Shown here piece after piece: positions 55,077 to 63,679 of a stretch of DNA of 64,000 bases. Location: positions 8,965-72,964 of IMG/VR virus record IMGVR_UViG_3300046473_000190; one strand, 5' to 3'. Source of the DNA: a virus (lineage: Duplodnaviria; Caudoviricetes). Both the position numbers and the translations under genes were made by a program. Positions within the stretch are counted from its first letter, which is position 1, and each line of letters begins with the position of its first letter. The notes under the pieces were generated by a model, which did no database searches, was not told where the DNA came from, and was given only the letters and a program-made list of their open reading frames with translations.

Positions 55077-55283
55077 ATGTTGGATGTTCTGAAGGACGGC
55101 CCGTTCCGCTATCTACACTGCCAAGCAACCGGCCAATTAATCTTGACGCTCTCTAAAGCACGCAATGCTAACGGCCGAGAAACCGGACGCTTTGTGGAGT
55201 ATGAAGGTGAGGACGCTCCGGTTGAAAAAACATTGCGACAATGGAAAGCCATCGCTCGCAAGCGTGTAGGGTATCGGGTCTAG
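55077..55283 (+). CDS. moron-like hypothetical protein
   Basis: Own promoter and GAGGGG RBS. Confidence 0.6.
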   Translation: MLDVLKDGPFRYLHCQATGQLILTLSKARNANGRETGRFVEYEGEDAPVEKTLRQWKAIARKRVGYRV

Positions 55284-55293
55284 AGGGGACGTT

Positions 55294-55815
55294 ATGCTCA
55301 CACTTTCCTCGTTTTCCACCGAACTGGCGCGAGTACTTGCGACTGTCGATGAGGCGGATTTTGAATGGGCAGTGGAAATTGCGCGTGAGAGGAGAAGTGT
55401 CTATTTTATTGGCAATGGCGGGTCGGCAGCGATCGCAAGCCATATGGCAATCGACTGGATGAACAAGGGCGGGTTCAGTACGCGCGCCCTGAATGACCCT
55501 GCGGCCCTGACGTGCTTGGCCAATGATTACGGCTATGAGGACGTATTCAGACGGCAATTGCGAGATATTTCGGGGAAGGATTTGCTGGTGGCAATTTCTA
55601 GTTCGGGCAAGTCGCCCAGTATCTTAACGGCCGCCAAATATGCTTGGGAGGAACGTGGTTCTGGTTTATTGACGCTTTCGGGGTTTAACGTCACCAACCC
55701 ATTGAACAGCTATAAGGGCGGGGTGGGTATGCACATCCCCTCTGACAACTACGCCATCGTCGAAAATGCGCATATGGCGATTCTGCATGCGATGCTAGAG
55801 GCGTTGAAGGCATGA
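55294..55815 (+). CDS. gmhA: phosphoheptose isomerase-like SIS protein
   Basis: IGNGGSAAIASH, LTCLANDYGYEDVF.RQ, AISSSGKSPSI, ENAH. Confidence 0.85.
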   Translation: MLTLSSFSTELARVLATVDEADFEWAVEIARERRSVYFIGNGGSAAIASHMAIDWMNKGGFSTRALNDPAALTCLANDYGYEDVFRRQLRDISGKDLLVAISSSGKSPSILTAAKYAWEERGSGLLTLSGFNVTNPLNSYKGGVGMHIPSDNYAIVENAHMAILHAMLEALKA

Positions 55816-56399
55816 CGCCCGCAGAGCTTATCGCCTTCGAAGACGATATCGCCGCCGAATTTGCGGCTGGCAACATCAAGGCCCCGGTCCACCTGTCAGG
55901 TGGTAATGAGGTGGAATTAATCGAGATATTCAAGAGCGTGGCGCCAGAGGACTACCTGTACAGCACTTGGCGCTCTCACTATCATTGTCTGCTCAAGGGT
56001 GTGCCGCCCGCCGAAGTCAAGGCGGCAATCATGGCGGGACGGTCGATTGCGCTGTGCTTCCCCGAGTATCGTATTCAGTCGTCGGCTATTGTTGGCGGCA
56101 TTTGTCCCTGGGCTGTGGGGACTGCCTTGTCGATCAAGGAGCGCGGCGGCGAGGAGGAGGTTTGGGCCTTTGTTGGCGATATGGCTGCAGAGACCGGAGC
56201 CTTCCATGTCAGTCAGAAATATGCCCAGAACTTCAATTTGCCGGTCAATTGGGTGGTCGAGGACAACGATATCGGCGGGGCGCATGTGGTGACGAGTCGG
56301 GTGTGGAAAAGCGACAGTTTGTGGGATCGGGCTGGATTGTTCTATGACTACAAGTTGACGCGACCGTTCGTGGGTATTGGAAAGCACATACCGCTGTGA
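55812..56399 (+). CDS. TPP-dependent enzyme, E1 alpha-like subunit (short)
   Basis: PVHLSGGNE, STWRSHYH, SAIVGG, FVGDMAAETG...VEDND. Confidence 0.85.
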   Translation: MTPAELIAFEDDIAAEFAAGNIKAPVHLSGGNEVELIEIFKSVAPEDYLYSTWRSHYHCLLKGVPPAEVKAAIMAGRSIALCFPEYRIQSSAIVGGICPWAVGTALSIKERGGEEEVWAFVGDMAAETGAFHVSQKYAQNFNLPVNWVVEDNDIGGAHVVTSRVWKSDSLWDRAGLFYDYKLTRPFVGIGKHIPL

Positions 56400-56926
56400 G
56401 TTACTTTTCCGAGCTCCAGCGGGCTATGGAAATGCTGGCGGCGCAGCCCCGTGTCGTGTTCATGGGGCAGGGGGTGTTGTACCCGTCTACCGCGATGTCC
56501 TCGACGTTCGACACGGTGCCGGAGCGTTTGCGGCTTGAGATGCCGGTCATGGAGGATGAACAATTGGGGATGGCGGGCGGAATGGCTCGCGACGGCATGC
56601 TGCCGGTCTGCGTATTCCCCAGATGGAACTTCCTGATCTGTGCGGCAAATCAATTGCTTAACCATCTAGATCGGCTACCGCTTTATTCCGGCTACAAGCC
56701 GAAGGTTATCATCCGGACGGCTATTCCCTCGACGGAACCATTTTATCCGGGGCCGCAGCATGACGATGATTTCACCCTGCCCTTTGCGGATATGGCGCGA
56801 ACCATTAAGTTTGTCCGGCTAGGATCGGAGGAGATGATCGTGCCGGCCTATACGGTGGCGATGCAGTCCGATGTGAGCACGGTTTTGGTGGAATATTCGG
56901 CGAAATACAGGGACGAGAGGAAATGA
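56396..56926 (+). CDS. TPP-dependent enzyme, E1 beta pyrimidine-binding domain only
   Basis: VFMGQGV, EMPVMEDEQLGMAGGMA, NQLLNHLD, GPQH; no C-terminal domain. Confidence 0.85.
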   Translation: MSYFSELQRAMEMLAAQPRVVFMGQGVLYPSTAMSSTFDTVPERLRLEMPVMEDEQLGMAGGMARDGMLPVCVFPRWNFLICAANQLLNHLDRLPLYSGYKPKVIIRTAIPSTEPFYPGPQHDDDFTLPFADMARTIKFVRLGSEEMIVPAYTVAMQSDVSTVLVEYSAKYRDERK

Positions 56927-57066
56927 ACATCGCCTCGGAATTCTATTTATCGCCGTTGAACCCGTTGATTTATGGTTGGCCTGGCGATTGGCGTTCCCGT
57001 GAGAACATGCGTTGGCCGTTATGGCGTTCGTACGTTGTTTTGCCGATAGGTGAGAGGGGCTAGGAA

Positions 57067-57270
57067 ATGACTTATGTGCTGTTCTGGTTCGTTGCGGGGA
57101 TATTATTTTTTGTGTTGATACTTTACACAAATCCAAAGACGGTTATGGGTGACTTTCGTGCTAGGCCGTTATTTTGCGTGTTGGTTACAACGCACTTGGT
57201 TATACTGTGGCCTTACTTTGCCCTTGTCCATGTAAAACTGCTTCTAGCGGAGAAAAAGCATGGCAGATGA
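57067..57270 (+). CDS. two-TM membrane protein
   Basis: Hydrophobic helices. Confidence 0.5.
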   Translation: MTYVLFWFVAGILFFVLILYTNPKTVMGDFRARPLFCVLVTTHLVILWPYFALVHVKLLLAEKKHGR

Positions 57271-57460
57271 CATTTCCCCGCTTCATGTTATTGTACGGTT
57301 TGGGTCCGCCATTCCGGACGCGGCGCAGGGCGAAGTCATGTTATTCATGGAAAAGCACCTGCGTCGCTCCGGGATACAAGCCGAGGTGTTCAAGGAAACC
57401 ATGGTGGATGACAGCAAGTTACGGCGCCTGATGAGTCCGGCGCAAAGGGCAAAGCTTTGA
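57260..57460 (+). CDS. hypothetical protein
   Basis: DDSKLRRLM motif. Confidence 0.55.
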   Translation: MADDISPLHVIVRFGSAIPDAAQGEVMLFMEKHLRRSGIQAEVFKETMVDDSKLRRLMSPAQRAKL

Positions 57461-57657
57461 CCAAGATCGCAGCCGTTCTCGCTGTACTCGTTCTCGCCCC
57501 GTTGCTTGGCGGGTGTGCCATGTTCCTAGCGGGGGCCGCTGGCGCGATTGTCTATCATGAGTGGGAAAGGCATGCCCCGCCCCGCGGCTATCACTGGTGC
57601 TACCAAGCGGGCGGCGGTTCGCCGGTTATATGCAGAAACAGGTATCGCGGAAGATGA
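57457..57657 (+). CDS. small lipoprotein
   Basis: Lipobox LGGC. Confidence 0.55.
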   Translation: MTKIAAVLAVLVLAPLLGGCAMFLAGAAGAIVYHEWERHAPPRGYHWCYQAGGGSPVICRNRYRGR

Positions 57658-58268
57658 AGTGGCCGACTATTATCCTCGTCGCACTATCTACCTTGGTGAC
57701 AGCATGCTCGCAAAGCAACCCGCCGCCGCCCGTCGTTGCTGGTTGGCAAGTCGGGTACTCGGAAGGTACTACACTGTCGTATCCGACTTCCTCGCTATGG
57801 AGTTTCACGTTTCCGCAGTATCCCGGTCATGTCAACATGGTCACCAAGACGGTCGCGGGCCTGAAAGGATCGCAGATCACTGCGGTGTTCCAGGAGACGG
57901 AATCTAACCCGCAATGGTTCTGGGCGTTTGATGCTGGCAATACGTGCAATCCGGGCTCGCTGCCGCAGATCCATTTATATTTCCAGCGCGTTGGTGATGA
58001 CTTCTCCGGCGTCGGCGACAAGCAGTATTATCGCTGGTGGTCAAGGGGCTTCAATATTGAGGCCGGGACAATAGACGTCTCGTTTACATTTGATCCGTCC
58101 CTTTGGATCAGCGTCTACGGGCTGCAAAACCCGACCATGTTTGCTGCAGCGCTCGCCAACGCCAGCAGCGTCGGCATGGTATTCGGCGGCGGCTGCTTTG
58201 CTGGGCACGGCGTTGCGCTCAAGGGCGGCAACGCTGCAATGACATTGAGGAGCTTCGTGGTGCAATGA
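57654..58268 (+). CDS. lipoprotein
   Basis: MKWPTIILVALSTLVTAC lipobox. Confidence 0.65.
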   Translation: MKWPTIILVALSTLVTACSQSNPPPPVVAGWQVGYSEGTTLSYPTSSLWSFTFPQYPGHVNMVTKTVAGLKGSQITAVFQETESNPQWFWAFDAGNTCNPGSLPQIHLYFQRVGDDFSGVGDKQYYRWWSRGFNIEAGTIDVSFTFDPSLWISVYGLQNPTMFAAALANASSVGMVFGGGCFAGHGVALKGGNAAMTLRSFVVQ

Positions 58269-59422
58269 CATCTCCCCTGCCTGAATTCTTCGACCACGTC
58301 ATTACTGGCTCACCGGTCGGTAACATCAACGATTATGTCCTAGATGGGACCAAAATAGGATTCTGGTCTGAGCGGGTGAAGGCTTGGGAACGGGGCGAGC
58401 GTATTGCGCCAGTCACCATGGACGTGGCTTGGACACGGCAGTGTAATGCGGCCTGCTCGTTCTGTTTCGCTCAGATGCAGGCTTCGCACGGACAGGTCAT
58501 CACGCTCAAACACGCGAAGGACTTCCTCGATGACGCGGCGGAAATCGGTGTCAAAGGCATCTCGCTCATCTCGGACGGCGAAAGCACCGTCGTCCCGTGG
58601 TACGAAGAAAGCATCGAACACGCTGCGAACCTTGGAATCAAGATTGGTGTGGGCACAAATGGAGTTCGACTCAAAAGGAAAGTTCTCGAACGGATTCTAC
58701 CGCATATTTCGTATCTCCGATACAATTTTAGTGCTGGAGAAATGCAGCGATACAAAGAAATAATGGGGCTGAAGGAGCGAGATTATTGGCAGGTGATCCA
58801 GAACGTCCGGGACACGATGGAGATCGTGCGGCGGGATAATTTGGCCTGTACGGTCAACCTGCAGATGGTCACCATGCCGGAATTCCATGACCAGATCATG
58901 CCGCTGACGCGGCTGGCGCAGGAATTGCGGCCGCACTACCTTATTTTCAAGCATTGTAGCGATAATGATGACGGGTTTTTGGGTGTTGACTACAAGAAGT
59001 ACGATGCGCTTTACGACACGTTTAAGCACGTTGAGACTATGGGCGATAAGGACTTCCGGATTATCGTCAAGTGGGCGAGGTTGGCTGACGAAGGGAAACG
59101 GCACTATAGTCGTTGCTTGGGACCCCCCTTCCAACTTCAAATGTCCGGTAATGGTCTCATATCCACGTGCGGATTCCACTTCAACGAGAAGTTCAAGAAG
59201 TTCCACATGGGTAATATCGTGGACACCCGATTCAGGGATATCTTTCGTTCGGAGCGATATTGGGACGTGATCGGGTATCTCGCCAGCCCGGAGTTCGATC
59301 CGCGATCTCGATGCGGAACCCAGTGTTTGCAAACGCACACGAATCAGTGGCTATTCGACTACACTGAGGGGAAGGTGGATTTCCCGGCTTCGCTCCCGCC
59401 ACCGCATTTGGAGTTTCTATGA
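58265..59422 (+). CDS. radical SAM enzyme with SPASM/twitch domain
   Basis: CNAACSFC (CxxxCxxC), SDGES, RCLGP...GNG..STCG...MGNI...CGTQC. Confidence 0.9.
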   Translation: MTSPLPEFFDHVITGSPVGNINDYVLDGTKIGFWSERVKAWERGERIAPVTMDVAWTRQCNAACSFCFAQMQASHGQVITLKHAKDFLDDAAEIGVKGISLISDGESTVVPWYEESIEHAANLGIKIGVGTNGVRLKRKVLERILPHISYLRYNFSAGEMQRYKEIMGLKERDYWQVIQNVRDTMEIVRRDNLACTVNLQMVTMPEFHDQIMPLTRLAQELRPHYLIFKHCSDNDDGFLGVDYKKYDALYDTFKHVETMGDKDFRIIVKWARLADEGKRHYSRCLGPPFQLQMSGNGLISTCGFHFNEKFKKFHMGNIVDTRFRDIFRSERYWDVIGYLASPEFDPRSRCGTQCLQTHTNQWLFDYTEGKVDFPASLPPPHLEFL

Positions 59423-59772
59423 GAGTAACGAAACGCAGGTTTATGGGAGGTGTCGCGGCTATTGCCGCAATGATAGGGGTGTTGCGGCCACAATCCGTTA
59501 GTTCCGCTCCTGGTTGGCAAGCGGTGTATGCGCATGCCGGGGAGACAGTGACCTGTGAAAATGGACACCCGATCTGTGATTTTGTCGAGACCGTTTATCT
59601 CGGCCAAAGTCAGGATTTGGGACGTCAATTAGGGAAATGGCGACAGAAGGCTCCCAAAACGGGGGACGGCTTGCCGCAGCGGTGTGTGCAGTGTGATGCG
59701 CGCTGGGCGGAGCGTGTTGGAGTTTTTCATTTTGAAGATGGGTGGCGCGATCCGCACCGCTACATCTCCTAA
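59419..59772 (+). CDS. Tat-signal protein with Cys/His metal-binding motif
   Basis: TKRRFMGGVAA; CENGHPIC and CVQC. Confidence 0.55.
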   Translation: MRVTKRRFMGGVAAIAAMIGVLRPQSVSSAPGWQAVYAHAGETVTCENGHPICDFVETVYLGQSQDLGRQLGKWRQKAPKTGDGLPQRCVQCDARWAERVGVFHFEDGWRDPHRYIS

Positions 59773-59790
59773 CCACGAAAGGGACGTCCC

Positions 59791-60039
59791 ATGGGTTGCT
59801 TTAGCTTGGAATGGCTGGAACAGATTCTGGTCTGGTGCGTCATTATTGGCGCTATCATCGCTATCGTGCGATTGCTGATTCCGATGGCGACGGATTGGAT
59901 CAGCCCGATTATCAGTCAGGTGCTCAATATCGTTCTGTGGGCTGTCGTCTGCATTATCATAATCTGGATTGTCTTTGCCCTGCTCAGTTGCCTGATTGGC
60001 ATGGGCGGTGGCGGCTTACTGCTGCCGCATCACCATTAA
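59791..60039 (+). CDS. small multi-TM membrane protein
   Basis: Almost fully hydrophobic. Confidence 0.6.
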   Translation: MGCFSLEWLEQILVWCVIIGAIIAIVRLLIPMATDWISPIISQVLNIVLWAVVCIIIIWIVFALLSCLIGMGGGGLLLPHHH

Positions 60040-60139
60040 TGCGCAGACGGCCCTTCGGGTGGTATATTGGCATTGCTTGCGCGATGCTGCTGTCGGCGTG
60101 GTTCTTGACTGAAATTAGCATGCGGATTTGGCCGGTGCC

Positions 60140-61252
60140 GTGAAGTTTGTTCTTTCCTACAAGAACAGTCACCACCGGCGATATTTCATCGGGTTGGGAG
60201 CTGAACTCATCTTGGCCGGGCACGATGTCAATATCGTGCATCAGGAAACGCCCGGCGAGGCGTTTGCCGGTGCGGATGTGGTGATGGAAGTCAACCGTGG
60301 CCGCACAGATAGAATACCGCGCACGGCCGTCCATATCCCGTGGATTCAGGACCATATTCTTTGGGAGGCCCCGGGCTACGATGAATGCGCTCATCCGAGA
60401 GACATGATTTATACGTACGGACATGGGCCGATTATCGGCGTTCCGTGTCAGGACTGGCCGAATTATCGCGGATCGTTATTGGTTGCCGTCGACGCTAAGT
60501 TATTGGCGTATCCGCCCGCAGCGCAGAATCTGGACCTCTCGATTGTCGGCTACATTTCGGATCCGGAGCAGAGGTGGAAGGCTCGTTCATTGGAGTCTGT
60601 GTCTGTCTCGGAGATTGCTCGCTGTATTGCGGAGACGATGGAAGCTGTCTATACGCCGCTGCGCGGCGAATTAGACCAGCAACTAACGGCGTATCAGCTT
60701 TGGGCTGGAATGGAACGCAAGTTTCCCGATATCTGGGACGTCCTCTATAAAGAGTATGCGGGATACATAGTTCATGAACTGGCGAGGATGCGGGATCGTG
60801 TGGCCATTGCGCGTTTAATATTGTCTGTATCGGAGAACGTGGAGTTCCGCGGGTTTAATTGGGAGCTGTGGCCCGAGTTTGCAAAATGGGGAAAGCCGTT
60901 TTATGAAGACAGGGAACAGGTGCTGAATCTCTATCAACGGTCCCGCATTAACGTGCATAACAATATTTTCGGGTTTGCGCTTCATGACAGGGTTTTGGAG
61001 GCCATGGCGGTTGGCGGGTTCGTTATGGCTAATGAATCACCGCATTTAGGCAAGGCGGGGCAAATGACGGAATGTTTTGCGCCGGGGTTCCATTATGGCG
61101 AGTATAACGCAGATACGTTTTGCGAACAGGCTAGGAAATGGCTGGGAAACCCGCAAATGCGCCAGCGCGGCATTGTTGAGTCGCGTAAGATCATCAAGGA
61201 TCGGCATTTGTGGGCGCATCGGGCCAAGCAGCTATTGAGGGATCTGGCGTGA
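60140..61252 (+). CDS. GT-B glycosyltransferase (CgeB/Glyco_trans_1_2-like)
   Basis: LYQRSRINVHN..., DRVLEAMAVGGFVM, HLWAHRAKQLL. Confidence 0.8.
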   Translation: MKFVLSYKNSHHRRYFIGLGAELILAGHDVNIVHQETPGEAFAGADVVMEVNRGRTDRIPRTAVHIPWIQDHILWEAPGYDECAHPRDMIYTYGHGPIIGVPCQDWPNYRGSLLVAVDAKLLAYPPAAQNLDLSIVGYISDPEQRWKARSLESVSVSEIARCIAETMEAVYTPLRGELDQQLTAYQLWAGMERKFPDIWDVLYKEYAGYIVHELARMRDRVAIARLILSVSENVEFRGFNWELWPEFAKWGKPFYEDREQVLNLYQRSRINVHNNIFGFALHDRVLEAMAVGGFVMANESPHLGKAGQMTECFAPGFHYGEYNADTFCEQARKWLGNPQMRQRGIVESRKIIKDRHLWAHRAKQLLRDLA

Positions 61253-61995
61253 CCGGCCTGCCGTATATTTCCGAGAGCGACTACAAAAGTTGGACCCAGT
61301 CGCAAATCGTGTTGGACTGGCTGCTGGCCAAGAAGATCAAGCCGCATCACAAGGTATTGGAAATCGGGCCCGGTCGTGGGCCCTGGGATCGTGCCGATGC
61401 CTTTATTGACTTCGATGTGAAATTTGTGCCGAAAGGAAAGGGAATTAAGGCCGATTTGGCCGAGGATTTGATACCCTTTCCGAACAAGACGTTTGATTTT
61501 GTTTATTGTCGTCATACGCTAGAGGATATGTTCAACCCGTTTCATGCCTGTCGGGAAATGTCTCGCGTAGGAAAGGCCGGATATATCGAAACGCCATCCC
61601 CGGCAGCGGAAATGGCTAAGGGGGTGGACGCCAACCCTAATCCGGGCGAGGGGTATCGTGGCTATCATCATCACCGCTATATTGTCTGGCCAGAAGGCAA
61701 CACATTGCATTTTGTGCCCAAATATCCCTTGATAGAGTTTATCCGGTGTGAGGATGTTGCTTTGTGCAATGTGTTGCGGGAGGGTGCAGCCGCTTGGAAT
61801 TCCTATTATTTGTGGAAAAACGAGGTAAGATTTAAGCGATACGAATACCCATTTGACTTTAGTCTTGGGGAATACGGTGAGGTTCTGAGTCGCGCTATTA
61901 ATGAAAACCAAAAGTCCAGCCATGAATTTTCCAAGATTATAGCGGAATTTGAATGGCAACGAGACGTTAATAAGCAGAGGAAAGCTGTGTCATGA
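61249..61995 (+). CDS. class I SAM-dependent methyltransferase
   Basis: VLEIGPGRGP, IPFPNKTFDFVYCRHTLED, GYIETP. Confidence 0.8.
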   Translation: MTGLPYISESDYKSWTQSQIVLDWLLAKKIKPHHKVLEIGPGRGPWDRADAFIDFDVKFVPKGKGIKADLAEDLIPFPNKTFDFVYCRHTLEDMFNPFHACREMSRVGKAGYIETPSPAAEMAKGVDANPNPGEGYRGYHHHRYIVWPEGNTLHFVPKYPLIEFIRCEDVALCNVLREGAAAWNSYYLWKNEVRFKRYEYPFDFSLGEYGEVLSRAINENQKSSHEFSKIIAEFEWQRDVNKQRKAVS

Positions 61996-63008
61996 AGAAG
62001 GTGTTTATTTTCGTTCCCGCTTTCGGCAATACCCTGACGGCCACGACTTTTCTGTCCACCCATCAGATCAGCCAGATGTTAACGTCGAAGTCGGTGGGGG
62101 CGTCGGTTTCCACGCTATCGTTCCCCGATATAGCGGAACTGCGGTCGATGGTTGCCACCATTTGGCACGATACCATGCCGGACATTGACTACCTCTTGTT
62201 TATCGATGCCGATATGGGGATCGATCCGAATATGGTTCTCGACATGCTGGTGTTTGATGAGCCGATCGTGGGGACGATTTATCCGCAACGCAAATTGCCG
62301 GTGTCGTGGGCCGGGTCCGGCGAGGGATCGCCGCAAAGCGAACGCCGCGGCAATTTCATGAAGGTTGAGGGGGTGGGAATGGGCTGTACTTTAATACACA
62401 AGAGCGTGGTAAAAACCATATTGGAGAAGTTTCCGGAGCTTGCGGACTACCGCATTGATCTGCATCCGGCGGCAGGCATTTTGCGGCAGGCGGGGGCCAA
62501 TCGAATTATTCGATGTTTTGAGAAGTTGGATATTCCGGAACGCGGCGTCGTCAGCGAAGACCTGTCGTTTTGCATCCGGTATCGGCGCTGTGGCGGCCAG
62601 GTATGGGCAGCGATTGGTTATGACGTGTCTCATGTCGGCCAATTCGACTATCGTGGGAACTACCTGCAGCACATCACGCAAGGTCAGCAGATGGCGGAAA
62701 TGCAGCAGAAAGTGGCGGAGGCTGGGCAGCAACCAGCGCCTCCGCCTCCGGGATGGATGCCGCAACCCAGCCAGCCGCCTGTTATGGCCCCAATGTTGCC
62801 AGCACAGCAGGTGCAGTTCCAGCAACCAATGATCGCGCAGGTTTCCGTCAATGGCGGCGATGCCTCTATTGATGCGCGATCATTGCAGAAAGATTACGAA
62901 AAGGCGCGGCAGGCGATGAATGAGACCGCCTTTGGCGATCCTCCGAAACGCAAGCGTGGCCGTCCGAGGAAGCAAAAGCCGCTTGCCGCGTCGGAGCAAT
63001 CGGCGTAG
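61992..63008 (+). CDS. GT-A fold glycosyltransferase with Gln/Pro-rich tail
   Basis: YLLFIDADMG (DxD), GMGCTLI, SEDLSFC.R....GGQVW...VSHVG. Confidence 0.8.
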   Translation: MKKVFIFVPAFGNTLTATTFLSTHQISQMLTSKSVGASVSTLSFPDIAELRSMVATIWHDTMPDIDYLLFIDADMGIDPNMVLDMLVFDEPIVGTIYPQRKLPVSWAGSGEGSPQSERRGNFMKVEGVGMGCTLIHKSVVKTILEKFPELADYRIDLHPAAGILRQAGANRIIRCFEKLDIPERGVVSEDLSFCIRYRRCGGQVWAAIGYDVSHVGQFDYRGNYLQHITQGQQMAEMQQKVAEAGQQPAPPPPGWMPQPSQPPVMAPMLPAQQVQFQQPMIAQVSVNGGDASIDARSLQKDYEKARQAMNETAFGDPPKRKRGRPRKQKPLAASEQSA

Positions 63009-63039
63009 GCTGTCAGGAAATCAGCGATAGGAGGCTGCC

Positions 63040-63462
63040 ATCTGCGATTATTCGCTCCAAGCCGTCGCTTCGCGTCCTGCCGAAGTCGGCGAGCACCTCG
63101 TCACCAAGAATTTCGTTTCCGGCACAGCCGGCTTTGCCCCCGCCAGTGGCGAGGATGTTGCGGTTTGCGTTCTTCCCGGTACTGAAATCGCGTTCGAGGA
63201 AGACATCATGTCCGCCGGAAAGCTGGACGGCCTGTATCGTGGGATGGTCTTCACCACACGATCAACCAAGGTTGGCCGGTTCTGTCAGGTCAAGAAAGAC
63301 GAGAAGTTTACGCATCACGATGCGCTGGAACTCCCGAATGGCGACATCGTCTTGCTGAATTGGCTAAAATCCGGTCAGAAAGCCAATGTCCTTCAGCTTC
63401 CTGCGGCGCCAAAGACCGCCGAAGAAGCAAAAGAGCAGCAACGGCTCGAGTACGTTGAGTGA
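63040..63462 (+). CDS. conserved alphaproteobacterial hypothetical protein (CDYSL family), ATC start
   Basis: GGAGG-N5-ATC TGC GAT TAT TCG; in-frame TAG at 63028; ORF track only starts at 63208. Confidence 0.7.
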   Translation: MCDYSLQAVASRPAEVGEHLVTKNFVSGTAGFAPASGEDVAVCVLPGTEIAFEEDIMSAGKLDGLYRGMVFTTRSTKVGRFCQVKKDEKFTHHDALELPNGDIVLLNWLKSGQKANVLQLPAAPKTAEEAKEQQRLEYVE

Positions 63463-63469
63463 TTGTGGG

Positions 63470-63510
63470 AACGGGCGGCGCTTGACATGCCGTCCGTTCT
63501 TGCCCTATAC
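63470..63510 (+). promoter_or_regulatory. promoter with -35 box inside an inverted repeat
   Basis: GAACGGGCGGCG-CTTGACA-TGCCGTCCGTTC; TTGACA-N18-TATACG. Confidence 0.6.
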
Positions 63511-63524
63511 GGCATGGAACTACA

Positions 63525-63660
63525 TTTCCTGCGCGCCGCAGGAAAGACGATGATCGGACGAGCAGCGCCTGCAGTCTTGATCCCCTGATCGTCACGCGCC
63601 GTGACGGTTTAACCGCCCCACTAACCATGGCAGCGCCTGCCGGGTACGGGCTGATAGCCC
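63525..63660 (+). other. structured leader with four G-CGC-C triloop hairpins
   Basis: Stems of 9, 4 (extendable), 7 and 5 bp, all with a CGC loop. Confidence 0.65.
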
Positions 63661-63679
63661 TAGCTCGGAGCCTAACGCC

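Noticed and set aside
55812-56926. Pyruvate dehydrogenase as an auxiliary energy-metabolism gene
   Set aside because: Both subunits are truncated relative to E1, no E2/E3, and context is glycan synthesis
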